Counted from the stretch's first letter, positions 25,961 to 40,009 are shown. The stretch is 64,000 nucleotides of DNA from Hydrolagus colliei (GCA_035084275.1 CM068749.1:18166001-18230000), one strand, 5' to 3'. Numbers and translations are program-made. The notes: generated from the sequence alone by a model not told the origin.

Positions 25961-27412
25961 GTACTTAAAAATAACTAGCTTCCAAAATGGAATTCAAGAA
26001 TTTTCCACAATTTTCACGACCTTAAAGCACGTTTAAGACTGGATATATTTACAGGTATCTGATGTAACAATTAGCTTCAGTGTCCTCTTGCTGGAAAAGG
26101 AAATAAATCTGCCAAGGTTCTAACTCCCGATTACCAATGAGTTACTCTTGCTGAAAAATATTGTGTGGGTGTCGGGCAATGACAGGACTGTTCTCATTAG
26201 CGGGGATGACTTCAATAGTCAAACAGCCTGTCTATAATTATTGTGTGTTCTCATATATGAACCGTTGCCACTTGGGTGACGCTTTAGGACTTGCCAGCTG
26301 ATGTGAAACTGAACAAAACCAACTTCCACTTTACTGTATACAGGATCTTTCATCTAGGACATTTTCTCAAAACATTTTACAACTCTCTGAGAATCTACCA
26401 TGAACCCTACCACGTCACCACCTTTAGGAGAGGAACAAGAAAAAGTAATCTTGCAAGGATATTCTACCTTTTCAGAATTTAATTGCAGACAAAATATGCA
26501 CTAAGTTGTTCTTTAGGTTAACAATTAATTTAAACACTGCAATCAATAAGAAATCATAAAGATGAGAATGAACATTCATTAAATTCACCAGGTATACACC
26601 AATCTAAGTTTTATTTAATAAAACAAATCATTATTCAACAGATACTTAACTTTCAATGTATCAAATTATCATAACAATTTCAATACAAGAAGCAAAAACA
26701 ATTTTACTGAGAGATAATATTGAAGATACATGTCCAGTATCACGGGTTAAATTTTTTCTATAAATCAAACTGAGTTGAATAAACTACTACTTCAGTGCTC
26801 TTTATCGTGCAATATTTTCCAGCACCTTCATTCCATTTTTGGAGTATTTATATCATTAATGAAAAACATACTATACAATAATCGGTTTCTACTTGTATCA
26901 AACTAAAACATAGTAGAATTGAACAAAACTAATAATATACTATGCCTTCTTATGTACCATATGTTAGTGTTTTCCAGTACAATAACTTTTTTTTAAATGC
27001 TCACAGTGTGAACTTATTTTCTTCAAACTAGTCTCAGTTTTAACAGTTAAGCTCTCCATCTTTTAAAAAGATTTCATCTTTACTTGAAAAATAGAAAACT
27101 TATGTATGATAGTTGGTGTTATGTTTCATGTTGCACTTATTATTGTGATTACTGTACCTGAAATAATATTTAATTCCTGTCCAATTAAATATAACATTTA
27201 AACAAGAATTTCCAGAAATCTGTGCATAAATGTTTAGGATAAAAGCATATTGTAAATGCTGTATATTTTACATACAACTAAAATGAAAATATTTCACATT
27301 ACAGTATAACGATTGCAAGTCAAAATGAACTATTTAGTGTAATAATAAGAAAACAATACTTTTCAAAGTACAGTATATTTATAAATTAGCGACAGAAAAA
27401 ATTGAAACTTAC

Positions 27413-27535
27413 GAGTGCCGGTCAGATCCCCAGCCTGCTTTTTTCTTGCATAGACTCTGAGATGGTTTGCCAAGCTAACTGCACTTGTAAATGTTGCATG
27501 ACAATGCACACAAGTTCTCAACTTTACAGGATGTC
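27413..27535 (-). CDS. ZNF644: ZNF644 coding exon (123 nt, phase 1-1; not in the ORF track)
   Basis: Manual translation: acceptor TTCTTAATAATAG|GA, donor CTC|GTAAGT. Encodes GHPVKLRTCVHCHATFTSAVSLANHLRVYARKKQAGDLTGT, a degenerate WIZ-type finger. Confidence 0.9.
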
Positions 27536-28159
27536 CTATTATTAAGAACAGAAAGTAATAATTTGCATGTTACAAATTAATTATTTCTCAAATAACTTCT
27601 AAAGGACAGCAAACACTCATTTGCAAAATTAATTCAGCTTCTGCAAAATAATGATGCAAGAAGTATAAAGTGACCAGCACATGACCAGAGTAAGAAACTG
27701 GAATGAAAAGAAAAAAATCTGTAGTACTGAGTACATTCAACAGGATTAAACTAAAGTATTGACAAAGTTGTAATTCCAGGACTGTTATGAAAAATAATTC
27801 GGGGAATGAGGAAATGAATGGTTCTGTACGTTTAAGTGAAATGGTTGATAAAGGCATGCGTGGTAAGGTGATAATAACGGACCGATGAATGGCTTTTAAG
27901 TACATTGCATTGCTTAAATATGAACCCTAGTGCTGTGTTCAAACCTTTGTGCTACAAAAATCGATGGAGCAGCATCTGTGCCACTCATCCTAAACCTGAA
28001 GATCCAGGGCAGGTGGTAACTATGGTCAAGTACAATACAGTAATACCAAACTGACTTGCAGCAAGAACAAAAATATAAGCATTTTCAACAAGTGTGAAGA
28101 CTTAAGATTCTGAATTCTGCTTCTGATGTCTAACAGAAGACATTTAACAAAAATGTGTT

Positions 28160-28415
28160 GGGAATAAAACTGTTGTGCTGATGTGGGGAAGTTGGCATAA
28201 TCATTAACCGAGCTAGTCAATTCACTTTACAGTATATTCAGTGAAGCACTTTGAGACGTCTCAACAATGTGATAAAACGCTATATCAAATGCAAGGATTA
28301 TTATTAAATTAATGTAATAACAATCCGTGCAAATAATAATCCTTGCATTCAATTCATCAGAACAATGTCTCAAAGTGCTTCACATGATATACTGTAAAGT
28401 ATGCTGACTGTGTAT
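28160..28415. mobile_element. Two SINE 3' tails in tail-to-tail inverted orientation
   Basis: Plus copy ends AAATGCAAGGATTATTATTA at ~28305; minus copy begins AATAATAATCCTTGCATT at ~28332. Confidence 0.75.
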
Positions 28416-28500
28416 TTTGTAGCGGGTTAAATAAAATTCTTGAATAATACATTCTCTCTATTTCCTTTTCAGGAAATTCATCAATACAAACTTGTCATAC

Positions 28501-29118
28501 CTGCTTGATAGACTATATCCATATTTGTCATTGGTTGTGACGAAGTGCTAGGTTGCAGAAATGAACTATTTGGCTGTGAATGAATGGGACGCTTCTGATT
28601 TGGTAGCCGTTTTTTTGCAGTTTGAGCATAACTTCTTCCAGGCTGAGTTTTTATTAGTGATGATGCATCCTCTCCAAATTTAGTCTTCAGTAGCTGCATC
28701 AGAGAACTTGTCTGTACATGTCTCTCACCATCAGGAGTTTCTGATTCCAAATCTGTGCTGAAGCTGTGCAAACCTGACTCCCGCAAGGGAAAGGATTTTG
28801 CTTTCAATTCATTTTGCTGCAGTTTAATAGTTATGCCATTTGGAGCAAGAAAAAGACCTTCACTTGTTGCAAACTTTTGCGACACAAATGGTTTATATCT
28901 AAATTGCTTGCTATTTAACAATTTTGCAATGTTTTCAGCTTCTGCTTCATTTTGCATCAATTCAGTCAAAATGTTGAGTGGGGATTTATGTGCCTCCAAC
29001 TCGGTTTTCCCCAATCTTTTCAAATGACCACGAACATGGTTCGACAGTCCAACCTTTGTGTCAAACCATCCTCCACATAAAGGACAGGTATTCTCAGTTG
29101 ATGAACCTGATTTTACTT
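28501..29118 (-). CDS. ZNF644: ZNF644 coding exon (618 nt, phase 1-1)
   Basis: Acceptor TTTTGTTTTAACAG|AA and donor CAG|GTATG. Encodes EVKSGSSTENTCPLCGGWFDTKVGLSNHVRGHLKRLGK...PFVSQKFA, in frame with the upstream exon. Confidence 0.93.
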
Positions 29119-29299
29119 CTGTTAAAACAAAATGCAAGTAAAACATTTTTTAATTCAGTAACTTCAATTAAACAACCTAAAATGTATCACTTTAGATTTA
29201 CCAATAAATACTGTAAGGTAACTGGGTTCACAATTTCTATGAGCAAATACTTGCTTTCAAATTTTACTTTAAAATGAGCCTCAGAAACAACTCTAAAAC

Positions 29300-29876
29300 C
29301 AATCCGTGTACATTAACACAATAATTCAAATGGTTATATATATTTTAATGTACAGAAATACAGTTAATTAAATGCACATAGAGTAATTGTTAACAAGTGT
29401 AATACACTACAAAATCTTATCAATGTGTTCTGAAACTGCTGTATTATTATCAAAATATATCTGTAAAGATGCCGGATCAATATCTGGAAATGCATTATCA
29501 GCATAACAAAGTTTATAGGAGATTTCCTTGACTGAGTTCATTTGGCCATTTTTTGATAAAAATACCAGTGAGTGTAGATAAATGTACAATCCGTGTACAT
29601 TAACACAATAATTCAAATGGTTATATATATTTTAATGTACAGAAATACAGTTAATTAAATGCACATAGAGTAATTGTTAACAAGTGTAATACACTACAAA
29701 ATCTTATCAATGTGTTCTGAAACTGCTGTATTATTATCAAAATATATCTGTAAAGATGCCGGATCAATATCTGGAAATGCATTATCAGCATAACAAAGTT
29801 TATAGGAGATTTCCTTGACTGAGTTCATTTGGCCATTTTTTGATAAAAATACCAGTGAGTGTAGATAAATGTACAA
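29300..29876. repeat. Tandem duplication, 2 x 287 bp, apparently identical
   Basis: 29300-29586 is repeated at 29587-29873 with CAA microhomology at the junctions. The ORF track shows the identical peptide tail twice. Confidence 0.97.
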
Positions 29877-30603
29877 ATTATTATAGAAGGATGTTTGTAC
29901 TTTGTTTGCAAAACTATCTATCCTTTTTCCTATCAATTTCCTTTCCAAATTACAATTGTTCTTTACACTTATTATAAAAGATGATGGTTTATTTAACAAC
30001 TTTACACCAAACAGCTATATGCAAATGAACTGTATTAAGATCAAGGTTTAAAAGAAAGCTTTTTATCAGGTGGCACATATTTACACTCTCGAGTTTTACT
30101 CTTTTCTTGTAAACTCTCTCCAAATGTTTTTCATCTACTAGAATTAAAATCCATACCTTCTTCCTCATTATGATTTATTGTACCATTTGCACCAGAATCT
30201 GGGGGAAAACTAAGTACAGTATATAACTAGCACCTCTGCCATTTCACTTTCGTTTCTAAAACTCCCCATTGGGTTCTTCTTTAAAGTGAGTCCTTCTTTA
30301 CTACTCAATGTCCTTCTCTGCACACATACACAACGCAAAATAATCCCCTAGTCCCTTTGTTCTACTACAACAACAACAACAACAAAATTACAATTGTATA
30401 GTGCCTTTCACGTCAGGACGTCCCAAGTCGCTGGACAGTCATCGTTTCAATTCTTTATCTTCGACAGAAAAGTGTACACCTTTTCTTGTGATAATTCTGA
30501 ATGAAAATATGTCCTACAACGCATGAGGATTCACCATGAGTGGCTAAAGAAGATAGGCAACCTTTGCAATGGTAAGAAATATGAAGACAGAAATTAATCT
30601 TAC

Positions 30604-33600
30604 CTTTCTTTATTCTCCGAACAGGTGCATTGTTTTTTTTGATTCTCCGTCTTTTATCATTGGAAGCAATTTGTTCAGGTGGAACCAGGTGACGGGCATC
30701 GTACGTTAAGCCAACTCTATAAAGATGTCCTCGCACATGATTGGACAAACCAACACCAGTGTCAAATACAGCTGGGCAGTAAGGGCACGGTCTCTTCTCA
30801 GTATGAAAATCAGTCCAATTGTAGGTTATATTTAGTGGAGCATCTTGCTGATAAAGAATGGGATCCATGACTTCTATGCATTTACCGTCACTGTTAATTT
30901 GAAAGTTTTGATGACCAAAATTACTGTGGGCAGCATCTTGATACTCTAGTCTAGAGTAAAGTCTTTGGTTACTGTAGTCACTGTTGCCATAATTATGAAC
31001 ATCATTGTTAAAATCATCATAATCATCGTCCTCTTCATCACTCTCATCATAAGTATCAAAATCATAATCATCAACACCATTTTCATCACCTATCTGTACT
31101 TCAGTGCTGGTGAAGTGTTCTGAAAAGTATTGGCCTTGCTCATTAACAATGTCAAAATCATTTGCAGCAATTGTCGCAGCCCCATCTATACAATTGATAC
31201 TTTCAACGCTATCATCTTCCAGTGGTTTATCTTCAGCATCATATTGAAACTTCTTTACACATGGATCAAGTTTATTTAAAACCACAACAGGTGCTTTGTG
31301 AAATACACTTGGATATTGATCCAAAAGATCACTTGCAACAGACACACTGAGCATGACATCTTTAACAGATTTTCTAACTGATACAGCTCGAGGATCTGCA
31401 TATTCCATTTCTCCTGAAACTTCTTCTGCAAGACATTGACGGAAGTTCAAAGTATATTCTGCATCTGTATGTCTATTTTGTAGCAATGTATTAGATTTAG
31501 AGCACAATTCTTTTTCTATTCCTAAATGTTCTTCAGATTTTACATTAATCTGACAGTGTAAAGGATCATTTTTTGACAATAGGGCTGTGTCATTCGTTTT
31601 GATGGCAAACTCTAGATGACCTTGTTGTAGAAAGCTAGCCTTCTCATTTCCAGTATTTAATCCCATCAGCATCTTTTGGGAGCTACCATAATCTACTGTA
31701 GAACCAGATGAATAATGTACCTTTTGTGTTGCTGCATAAAATGTCTTCTCTGTAGTAGAAACATCACAGACCTTCCTGTATAATTCGGAAGAATTCCCCA
31801 GTGCACCAGGTTCTTCTGAAGCCATTTTTATATTGTGCCTCATAAAGGATGTTGTTGTAAATTTATGTGGGTAGTCTGAATGACGGAATGTTGCTTTATT
31901 ACTATTGACCACATTGAATGGCTGTGAGCTCAAGTCAGGCATCTTTGTTCCACGTTCATGTTTGTGCTGAACGTGATAAAGTCGCTGATGTAAATATTTT
32001 ACATGTTTCTTAAAAATACTCCTAGCTGGTGTGGTAAACGGGCATTTTCTACACACATATACACCTCCTGATTTACAATGACTTAATAGGTTTTCTAGTG
32101 ACACACCTTTCAAAGGTTTTTGGTTTGACTTATTAATAACTGCATCATGAATAAAAATTTGATGACCTTCCAATTCATCCACTGATGCTGCCATAAAGTT
32201 ACACTTGTCACAGCAGTAGTATCTTTTGTCCTTTTCATGTGTCTTAGCATGCTGCACAAATGTTTTCGGACAGTTTGTACCAAACACACACTGTGGGCAC
32301 TGTAATTTTGCATCCCGCCCTTCATCCTGAAATGTGCGGAGCTCACGAATCTCCTCCATCAGTCTTTCTCTTTTTTCTTGATGAAGGCTCCGATGTTTTT
32401 GCAGTGGTGCACGGTCACGAAAAGCAATTCCACATTCTTTACATATATATGGCCTTGGCAGATTTGTTTTACTGTGTCCTTCTAAATGGTACATCATGTG
32501 TCTCTGCAAATGCTTTTTTTCTCTGAAGTTCACATTGCACTTTGTGCAGGGATAAAATGATGGTTCTGTCTCAATGTCATCATCTGACGGTGATTCAGAT
32601 CCAGTTTGTCCATCATCTACCTGCATAGCACTTCTTGGTGGAAAAACTGTGGAGTCAAATGCTGAACCTTCATCGATGTATGTGGTGGCTGGTGCACTTG
32701 ATCTAGCTGCTTCTAGGTTTTTGACTGGTAGTTTATAATCACTGAAGATTAAATGTTTAATTGCTTCCACTGTTTCTTTGGGAAGGTTCGATCCTGTGTC
32801 ACCAACACTCCGGTCAAAGTTTTTTTTTGCAGGCAAGTATTTTGGTTTAATAACTGGCATCTTTACTTCACTGGGTTCCAAACCATCCGCAGTAACTAGT
32901 ATCTTTTTAGGTGCCTGATGCTTCTTTGCAATATCTAGTTCTGAGAAATCCACGAGCCGAACAATATCCATCTTTCGTTTTCTTTTTCTACCAAAGGCAA
33001 AATTTGCTTGGACTTCAGAATCATCATCAATCTGGATGACTTGATCATCAGCCTTTTCTTTTGTTAACAAAAACTGCATGAATTCTTTTTGAGGGTCCCA
33101 GTTTAAGCCAATGTCATTTAATTTTTCTGTTTGACAGATATTTGTAATGACTTTTTCTTTCACTTGGTCCCCATTATCTTTTGTGTTTTCACTTTCTGTA
33201 CAATCCAACTTGCTTGTAGAAGCAGTATTTGATCGCACCACAGACTTAGATATCACTATTGGCAAAGGACTCCGCATTTTAGGCTTTGTATTAACCTGGC
33301 CCTGAAAAGGCACTAAATTGGGGACTAGTAAAAGAACTGGGGCTGGTGCTATTGTCTGCACTTTATTTGAAGAACCAGACAAAGTTGGAACCTGAACAGA
33401 CTGAACAAAATGAGAAACTGCAACTGACTGGCATAGAGACTGAGAAATACTTAAAGGAATGTCAGCCTGCTTCAAAATGAAAGATTTTGTTGAGGTGAAC
33501 TGTGGAACTGGCCTACTGACAGTAGTTCCTGTAGGCAAGATAAGTTTTGCATTAGAAGCAGTAGGAGCACCAGTATGTATATACAGAGTCTGCTGGGCTC

Positions 33601-33836
33601 CACTTAAGGCTTTTACAGAACTGTCATTAGAAAGATGTTTAGACAAGCTCAAAGTATTGCTTTTTGAAACGGACATTGAATTCTCTGTTGAGGTCTGAGG
33701 TATACTGGTAATAACAGTGGCCAAGGTAATATCTTTTTCATCTCCATCTTTGCCTTTAGCACCATGAGAATTAATATGGGTCTTCATACTATCTGTAGAA
33801 CTCATCTTTAATCCAGAATCTTCACTCTTATCAATC
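30604..33836 (-). CDS. ZNF644: Zinc finger protein 644, large coding exon (first in-frame ATG at 33805)
   Basis: The ORF contains NWDPQKEF, KRKRKMD, EPSFYPCTKCNVNFREKKHLQRHMMYH, LQCPQCVFGTNCPKTFVQHAKTHEKDKRYY and CPYCPAVFDTGVGLSNHVRGH, which I recognise as ZNF644 C2H2 motifs. Acceptor TTTTGTTGACATAG|G at 33837/33836 (phase 2, open into the ATG); donor AAG|GTAAG at 30604/30603 (phase 1). The ORF-track tail beyond RRIKK is intronic. Confidence 0.95.
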
Positions 33837-36721
33837 CTATGTCAACAAAAGAAAATAGTTACTTTATGTATACAAGTGCAAAATAAAACCTAATTTCTCA
33901 TGATCATTGTCAAATTCAAATACCATTTAGGATAAGAGTGAATACAGCTGGCATAGAACATTACAATTATCAGTTTCTAAGTAACAGAATATTGCATGGA
34001 GTGTTAATTTGACTGTGGTGACTGCACTACAGAGACATTCATACACATTTGGAAACGATGCAACATAAAAACAAGAATGTGTATGCACAGTGTATATTAG
34101 GCTTTTCACTTGCATAAATGTGTGTCTCTGCTAAATTATAATCTTACTTAGCGACCAAGGTATGAGGTGATTTTATATATATTTTGCATGTACCTAAAGA
34201 GAGAAATGCCTTTTTATGCAGAAATCTTCCAAAGGATTTTAATTCATGCAATGAATAAAAATAAGTTCCAGCTTTCAATCTGTATTGTAATATATACTGG
34301 GGGGTGGAGTATGAAAAAGACAATGGACAATGCAAGAATTGGTAAATTATGACATAAATGAAATCTCATTTGATGTCTTCATCGGTTTACAAATATAATG
34401 TGCACAAACTCTAGCACTTGTATTATTATTCAAAACTGTCTTAACAATATATAAATTAGAAAATTATATTTTCTGTACAGTATTTCTATTGTAGTTTAAC
34501 TGCATAGCTAAAATGATTATAAAGACTTAAATCAACTTTGAATTAGAGGTGCAATTGCTTCATCAACCAAGTGATTAGTGGTTTCAACAACTATTACATC
34601 TAAACCATCTTGCCTGCTGCTGAAGAAAAACGATTCCTGCTGTCGTTCTCAAATACTGGGGACTTTAATTATGTGTGAAGAATCAAGATTCCACACATTT
34701 TAGTTACAACCTTCCTGTTTCCCCTTCAAAACACTCAGCTGCTGCTAAAATTGACCAATTTCCATGGGAACAAAATACACTTCCAATGAGATCATATTCA
34801 ATGTTATCACTCTAAAATGGTGCTAAAACAGTTCCCAGCATGAGTCTCTGTGTTAAATACGCAGCAGAAGCTGAGGGGTGGGCACGTACAAACAGGTGCT
34901 AAGAATCACGACTGAAAATGTCAATGAATAGGAAAACAAGCCTGGAAATGCTATACTGTTTGTCTCATTTACCTTAACTGATTTTAATCAATATGAGCAA
35001 CCTGTACAGAACAAGTGCTGTAAAATTAATTGCTGTGACAGTGAGCACGGGAGTTTTATAACACATCCTTCGATCCAAAAGTTCTCATTTAATTTGTAAT
35101 CAAACAGAAGAAAAATAACAAGCATTTAAACCCAGCTGCAACATATATAGAAGTGCTGAAACCTTTAATTTTAAAATAACTCTGGCGTCCAACATATATA
35201 TCCAGCCAAAAGCATGCACAGTTAATTTAATATGCTGTACCTGTACTAGCTTTTCTCAACAGGAAGCAACATTGCTAACGAAGTGGTAAATTCAGTGTTA
35301 ATGAGTGGCTTCACTGTTACCACCTCAGAGGTAAAACCTTCCGTGCTCCATATTCTACCCATCTGTTCTGGTGTTAGGGGTTCAAAGAAAGAACAGACGT
35401 TTCCCATTTAAAGCAAACTTCAATGGTACCCTCTGAACAGCAGGCTAACAAACCTTCATAATATCATGAATGATCTCGAATTATAATCCTCATTATTATC
35501 AGTACTCCACTAAAAACAAAGTTCTACATGCTTTTGAGAATCAGCATATCTATTTTTTTACAGCACAACATTGTATACTTACAAATTAAATAGAGGGAAT
35601 AGTGATGATATAAAACATATTTTTAAAACATACAATACTAACACAAAATGCAAAAAAACATGCAATAGGAATTATTTTGACAGTAATTACCAGAGCTTAT
35701 AAGGCATTGCAAAATTATAACAAACTACTGTACAATAAAGAAAATATACACATTTTGAAAATATAGATTCCCTTTCTCATTGTGTTTTATGTGTAACTGT
35801 AATTTCCTTTTTTTCTATTCTGTAGTATCTGTAGTATCAATGTGATTGATATAAAAATCATGTTGAACAAAATCTGAACATAAAGGTCAGACTTTTTCTT
35901 TCATTATGACAAGAGACCATAATGAAGCTATCCTTATTGACTTTCCTTAGAAATCTCAAATGTCAGTATTTTTGCAAACTATCAGCACTTGCTATAACAC
36001 CCATATTGCACTACATCTTGAGGTTACTGCAGAAAAAATGAGGTGATAATTGCATATTAACATAATTATTCTGTAATCCCTGAGCAGGCTTCCTGGGTCA
36101 TTTAGTAATACAGATTAACTAGAACCTTTCTGTCATCAGAGCTATGCCGCCCACTTTTTTGTTCTCTACTGATTTATGATAGAATATTCATCTAAAATTA
36201 AATCGATGCAGTATGCAAATTTGGGTCATTTTGTATACTAATTGTTTAATATTTCTGAATGAGAACTACAACTCCAAAAAAGCCACAACAGAAAATGCTT
36301 TTTCATGTACAATGTAGAGCTGAATTTAACTCAAGACAACAAAAATGTAAACACTACTAGATCATCAACAAATCATCTCTGGACAAATATCTCCGAGATC
36401 ACTAATGATTATTGTAATTTACAGTCAGTTATTACATTTTGTATAGTTTTGAATGGGTATAACCGACAAATGTAATTTAATACATATGAATATTATTTCG
36501 AGTGTTAGGGTTTACAATGTCAACAACCATATTTTCCAAACCTGTTTCAAAAAGAAATTAAGCTAAATATTAAGAAATTATTTTAACATAATGCGGGTGT
36601 GGGCATAATTAAATCCTCAACTGTTGTTTTTTTTAGTTCTGAGTAACAAATTAAAGATATAAGGAGTCATGTGATGTGTGTACGATAATCTTTTTTAAAA
36701 AAAGCAATTTGCTTGTATACC

Positions 36722-36890
36722 ATAAATGGTTCAATTGGTAGCATTCTTGCCTCAGAAACAGATTAAATTCATTGTCTACACTAACAATCTAGTGCAGTGC
36801 TGGGGTTTACTGCGTTAGCAGAGGTGCTGTCCTTCAGATGGAATGTTAAACCAGAGGTTTTCGTTCAACAGAAATGGGAGTTTTCTAAAA
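36722..36890 (+). mobile_element. Degenerate Deu-domain SINE (head plus part of Deu domain)
   Basis: TGGTTCAATTGGTAGCATTCTTGCCTC head, then GAGGTGCTGTCCTTCAGATGGAATGTTAAACC. Confidence 0.65.
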
Positions 36891-37304
36891 TAAATGTACC
36901 ATATGTTTCAAGGGGCCAAAGAATAGTGAAGTAAAAATGAGGAATTGGAAAATATAATAGGAAGTGCAAGTCGTGCTATTACTGAGCTGATTCTCAAAAT
37001 GGTTCCTAAAGTATGGAAACCCATCATAATAGGTGTAGGTCCTTTAGGAAATTGTAATGCAGTGTCAATGTTCACTTTACACAAGTATAATAAGCTGTCA
37101 GATAAAATGGTGCTCTTCTTGAATATGGGTCGTGCTAATGACCTTATTTAAAGCATCAAGATTCCAGCTAGGTTAAGATCTCTCAAGTGTAACGTTAGGA
37201 TAATATAAAAGACACATGAGCTGCCACCAATTTCAACAGGGTGGGGAAAGTAACATACAACGCCCATTATGGACAGCAGCAGTCCATTTTGCAAATTACA
37301 TTAT

Positions 37305-37642
37305 GGAGCTCCTCGCATAGTACTGTGGAGCACTGCATTGGAGTGACGAGAGGTGCTGGCCTTCGGATGAAATGTTAAACCGAGGTCACATCTGCCTGTT
37401 CAGGTGGACATTAAAGATCTCACAGTATTTACTCAAAATGAGAAGGAAGTTTTTCTTGGTGTTCGGCCAACAATCCTCTAGATGAAATTGGTCATTCACT
37501 TCACAGCACGGCTGTTCTCAGGTTGGTTGTCGTGTTCGCTACAAATAAACATTCACTGCACTTTACAGTGAACCTCTGTGAAGCTCGAAGATATGTTAAC
37601 AACATGATAGAATGGTACACCAAATGCAAGGATTATTTAATA
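37305..37642 (+). mobile_element. Deu-domain SINE (DeuSINE superfamily), 5'-truncated
   Basis: GAGGTGCTGGCCTTCGGATGAAATGTTAAACCGAGGTCACATCTGCCTGTTCAGGTGGACATTAAAGATC matches the Deu central domain as I recall it; ends in the AAATGCAAGGATTATT tail. Confidence 0.8.
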
Positions 37643-40009
37643 TTTGGTCAAGATGGTAAGATTCTAACCATGAGCATATTTCTAGGGTGGAAAAAAAAGG
37701 AAGGTCTTTATTTCAGGCAAGATTAATTTCATCCAACATTTGTCTCAGCTATATTCTGGTCAGATACCACTCCTACAGATTACAGTGGTGAAGAAATGGA
37801 ATTGTACCCTGGGAGATAAAAATCTGGCTCCAGGGTAAAACATTGGCCAGGATACCACTGAGAATAATTCAATAGTGAGAGATTAGTCTGCATGATACCT
37901 TGAGAACACCTCAAGCCCAGGGAATGAAACAATGAGTTTTATTCTCAGAAAACTCAATTTTCTAAGATTTCTTGGCCCAAAGCTGATCTACTGTATAAAT
38001 ACATGGTTCAGTAGATGATGTCATTTATGTTAAATATAGGCAAGACCTGAAACCGAAACAACTAGATTTGAGATTCAACGAGAATCTACTGCAAAGGTTT
38101 CTGGAATGGAAGCTGATTAGGAGTATCTGGGTCACAATATCCTTTCAGATATATCAATAAATACCCCGAATAGAACATTTAGCTGTCGTCTATCATTATG
38201 TACTTGAATAAAATTGGAATACTCTACAGAGCAAGAATTATGCCCCAGAGCTACAAATCATTCTCAGAAAACGTATTATTTAAGATCCTGATTGCTTGAT
38301 ATACAAATAGAACTGAATGCCCTGATTTGACCTGTGTTAAGAATGCCTACCTCAGCACTCAGGCTGAGAAAATTGTAAAGATCAAGATGGAAGACCAGAA
38401 CATCTTAACTGACCTAGATATTCAATTGGATCTTTCACAAGTTTATAAGTTCACTAGTAGTTAGAGAATACTGTAAATACATTTTAAGATACACTCTTAC
38501 TGAGGCTAGTTATTACAGAACTAAGAAACAACACTTGTTACTTACATTAAAAAGATAAGCAAAGCTTTTGGGAATCTCTCAGCACATTTTCTCTTTCCAA
38601 TTCTCTAGAAAGCCTACAAAAATCTTTTTGTTCCCTATGCTGCTTGGAGAATTAGATCGGTGAAATTGAAGGACTTCATGGATTAATTTAATGCAACTCT
38701 GATTATAGTAATTTAAAATTAAACAATAGAACTATGAGGGGCATAAATTAAACAGGTTGTTCCACTTCAGCATTTTAGAAAACATTCAATGTCGAGCACT
38801 ATTTGCTTCAGTTTGTTGAACACAACACACACAAGGATTATTATATTGCTGTTAGTTTGTTTAGGGTTAAGAATTTTCCACTTCTCATGCTCCCCCCAAC
38901 ACCCACTCCCCCACACCTACAACCTTGTTTTTTTTCTTTGTTTCCTTCACTCTTACTGGATACTATCCTGAGCATGGCAGCAATTCTCCGCTACTTCATC
39001 AAAATGGCTAATCCTCATGCATGAGCTAACAGTGAGCAACAAAACACTATTTGATTATATGTCCATGTAGTGGTTTGGGGACATTTTCAAACATTTGAAC
39101 TTTGGTTTCTTATGACGTACGAAATTCCGATTCCTGCAAAATTGCATTGCCATTCTGCCAATGAAATAGCTTCGGAATATTTGTGAATCAATATAAATGG
39201 CTCTAAGTACTATCATTTCAAGCAGTTTTAAGATTCATCTTTTTCAGTTTTATAGTAAGGTGGGTTGGGTATATTTGCCTACAAATACAGCCAGTACACG
39301 TGGCTACAATCAACCATGAAGCATTTAGAGGTGCATCAACCTTATAGACACTATATCAGATGCAGGGATTATTTATTATTTACATTATCTATCAATGTTA
39401 AAAATGTACAAGAATGACACACCTAAATAAACATTAAAACCTCCAAACATAATATGCTAACACCAACAATGAAAGTGCTCCTTAATTGAACATTATTTTA
39501 AACTATGAATATTAACGTAATGAAAATTGCATCTCTTGACTAGTGTCACACATCCTAAGAAGATCAAGAGCACCAATTTAAAATTCAAATTTTGTGTGAA
39601 TTGCACCTAGCTAATCTATTTGAAAGATCTGCTGATTAGAGCTATAACAGATTTCTTTTACCATTACAGCCGGCTTGTTTTACAATACTAATCACATATT
39701 CTAGTGACAGGACAAACAATAGTCTGTCCTGTTAATTTTGCAGTCAAGAAAATTGAATGAATCAATACAAAACCAAGGATTAAACTGCTTTTTATGAAAT
39801 CCACATTTGTCTTTGTGCATACATTTAAGGATTATTTTTTCTATTAATAAATAACATTCAATTGTTATTAGACTAAATTTCACTAGATTTTTGGTACTTC
39901 AAGTGTCTTGACACGTGGAAACCCATCACCAGGCTTAAGAGTATCTAAATCAAACATAAACTCCATGAATCCCATCAATACATGGAAATTCCCGAGATAT
40001 TTATTGGAA

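Noticed and set aside
29407-29999. Two ORFs with identical C-termini
   Set aside because: Product of the intronic 287-bp tandem duplication; no recognisable protein.
30455-30603. C-terminal extension of the 1116-aa ORF (likewise the ends of ORFs 28481-29146 and 24817-25218)
   Set aside because: Read-through into introns beyond canonical splice sites; ZNF644 similarity continues in the next exon.
35241-35362. Exon-like segment upstream of the large ZNF644 exon
   Set aside because: The donor GTACAG is weak, and the frame needed for phase-2 joining contains a TAG; not supportable as coding.
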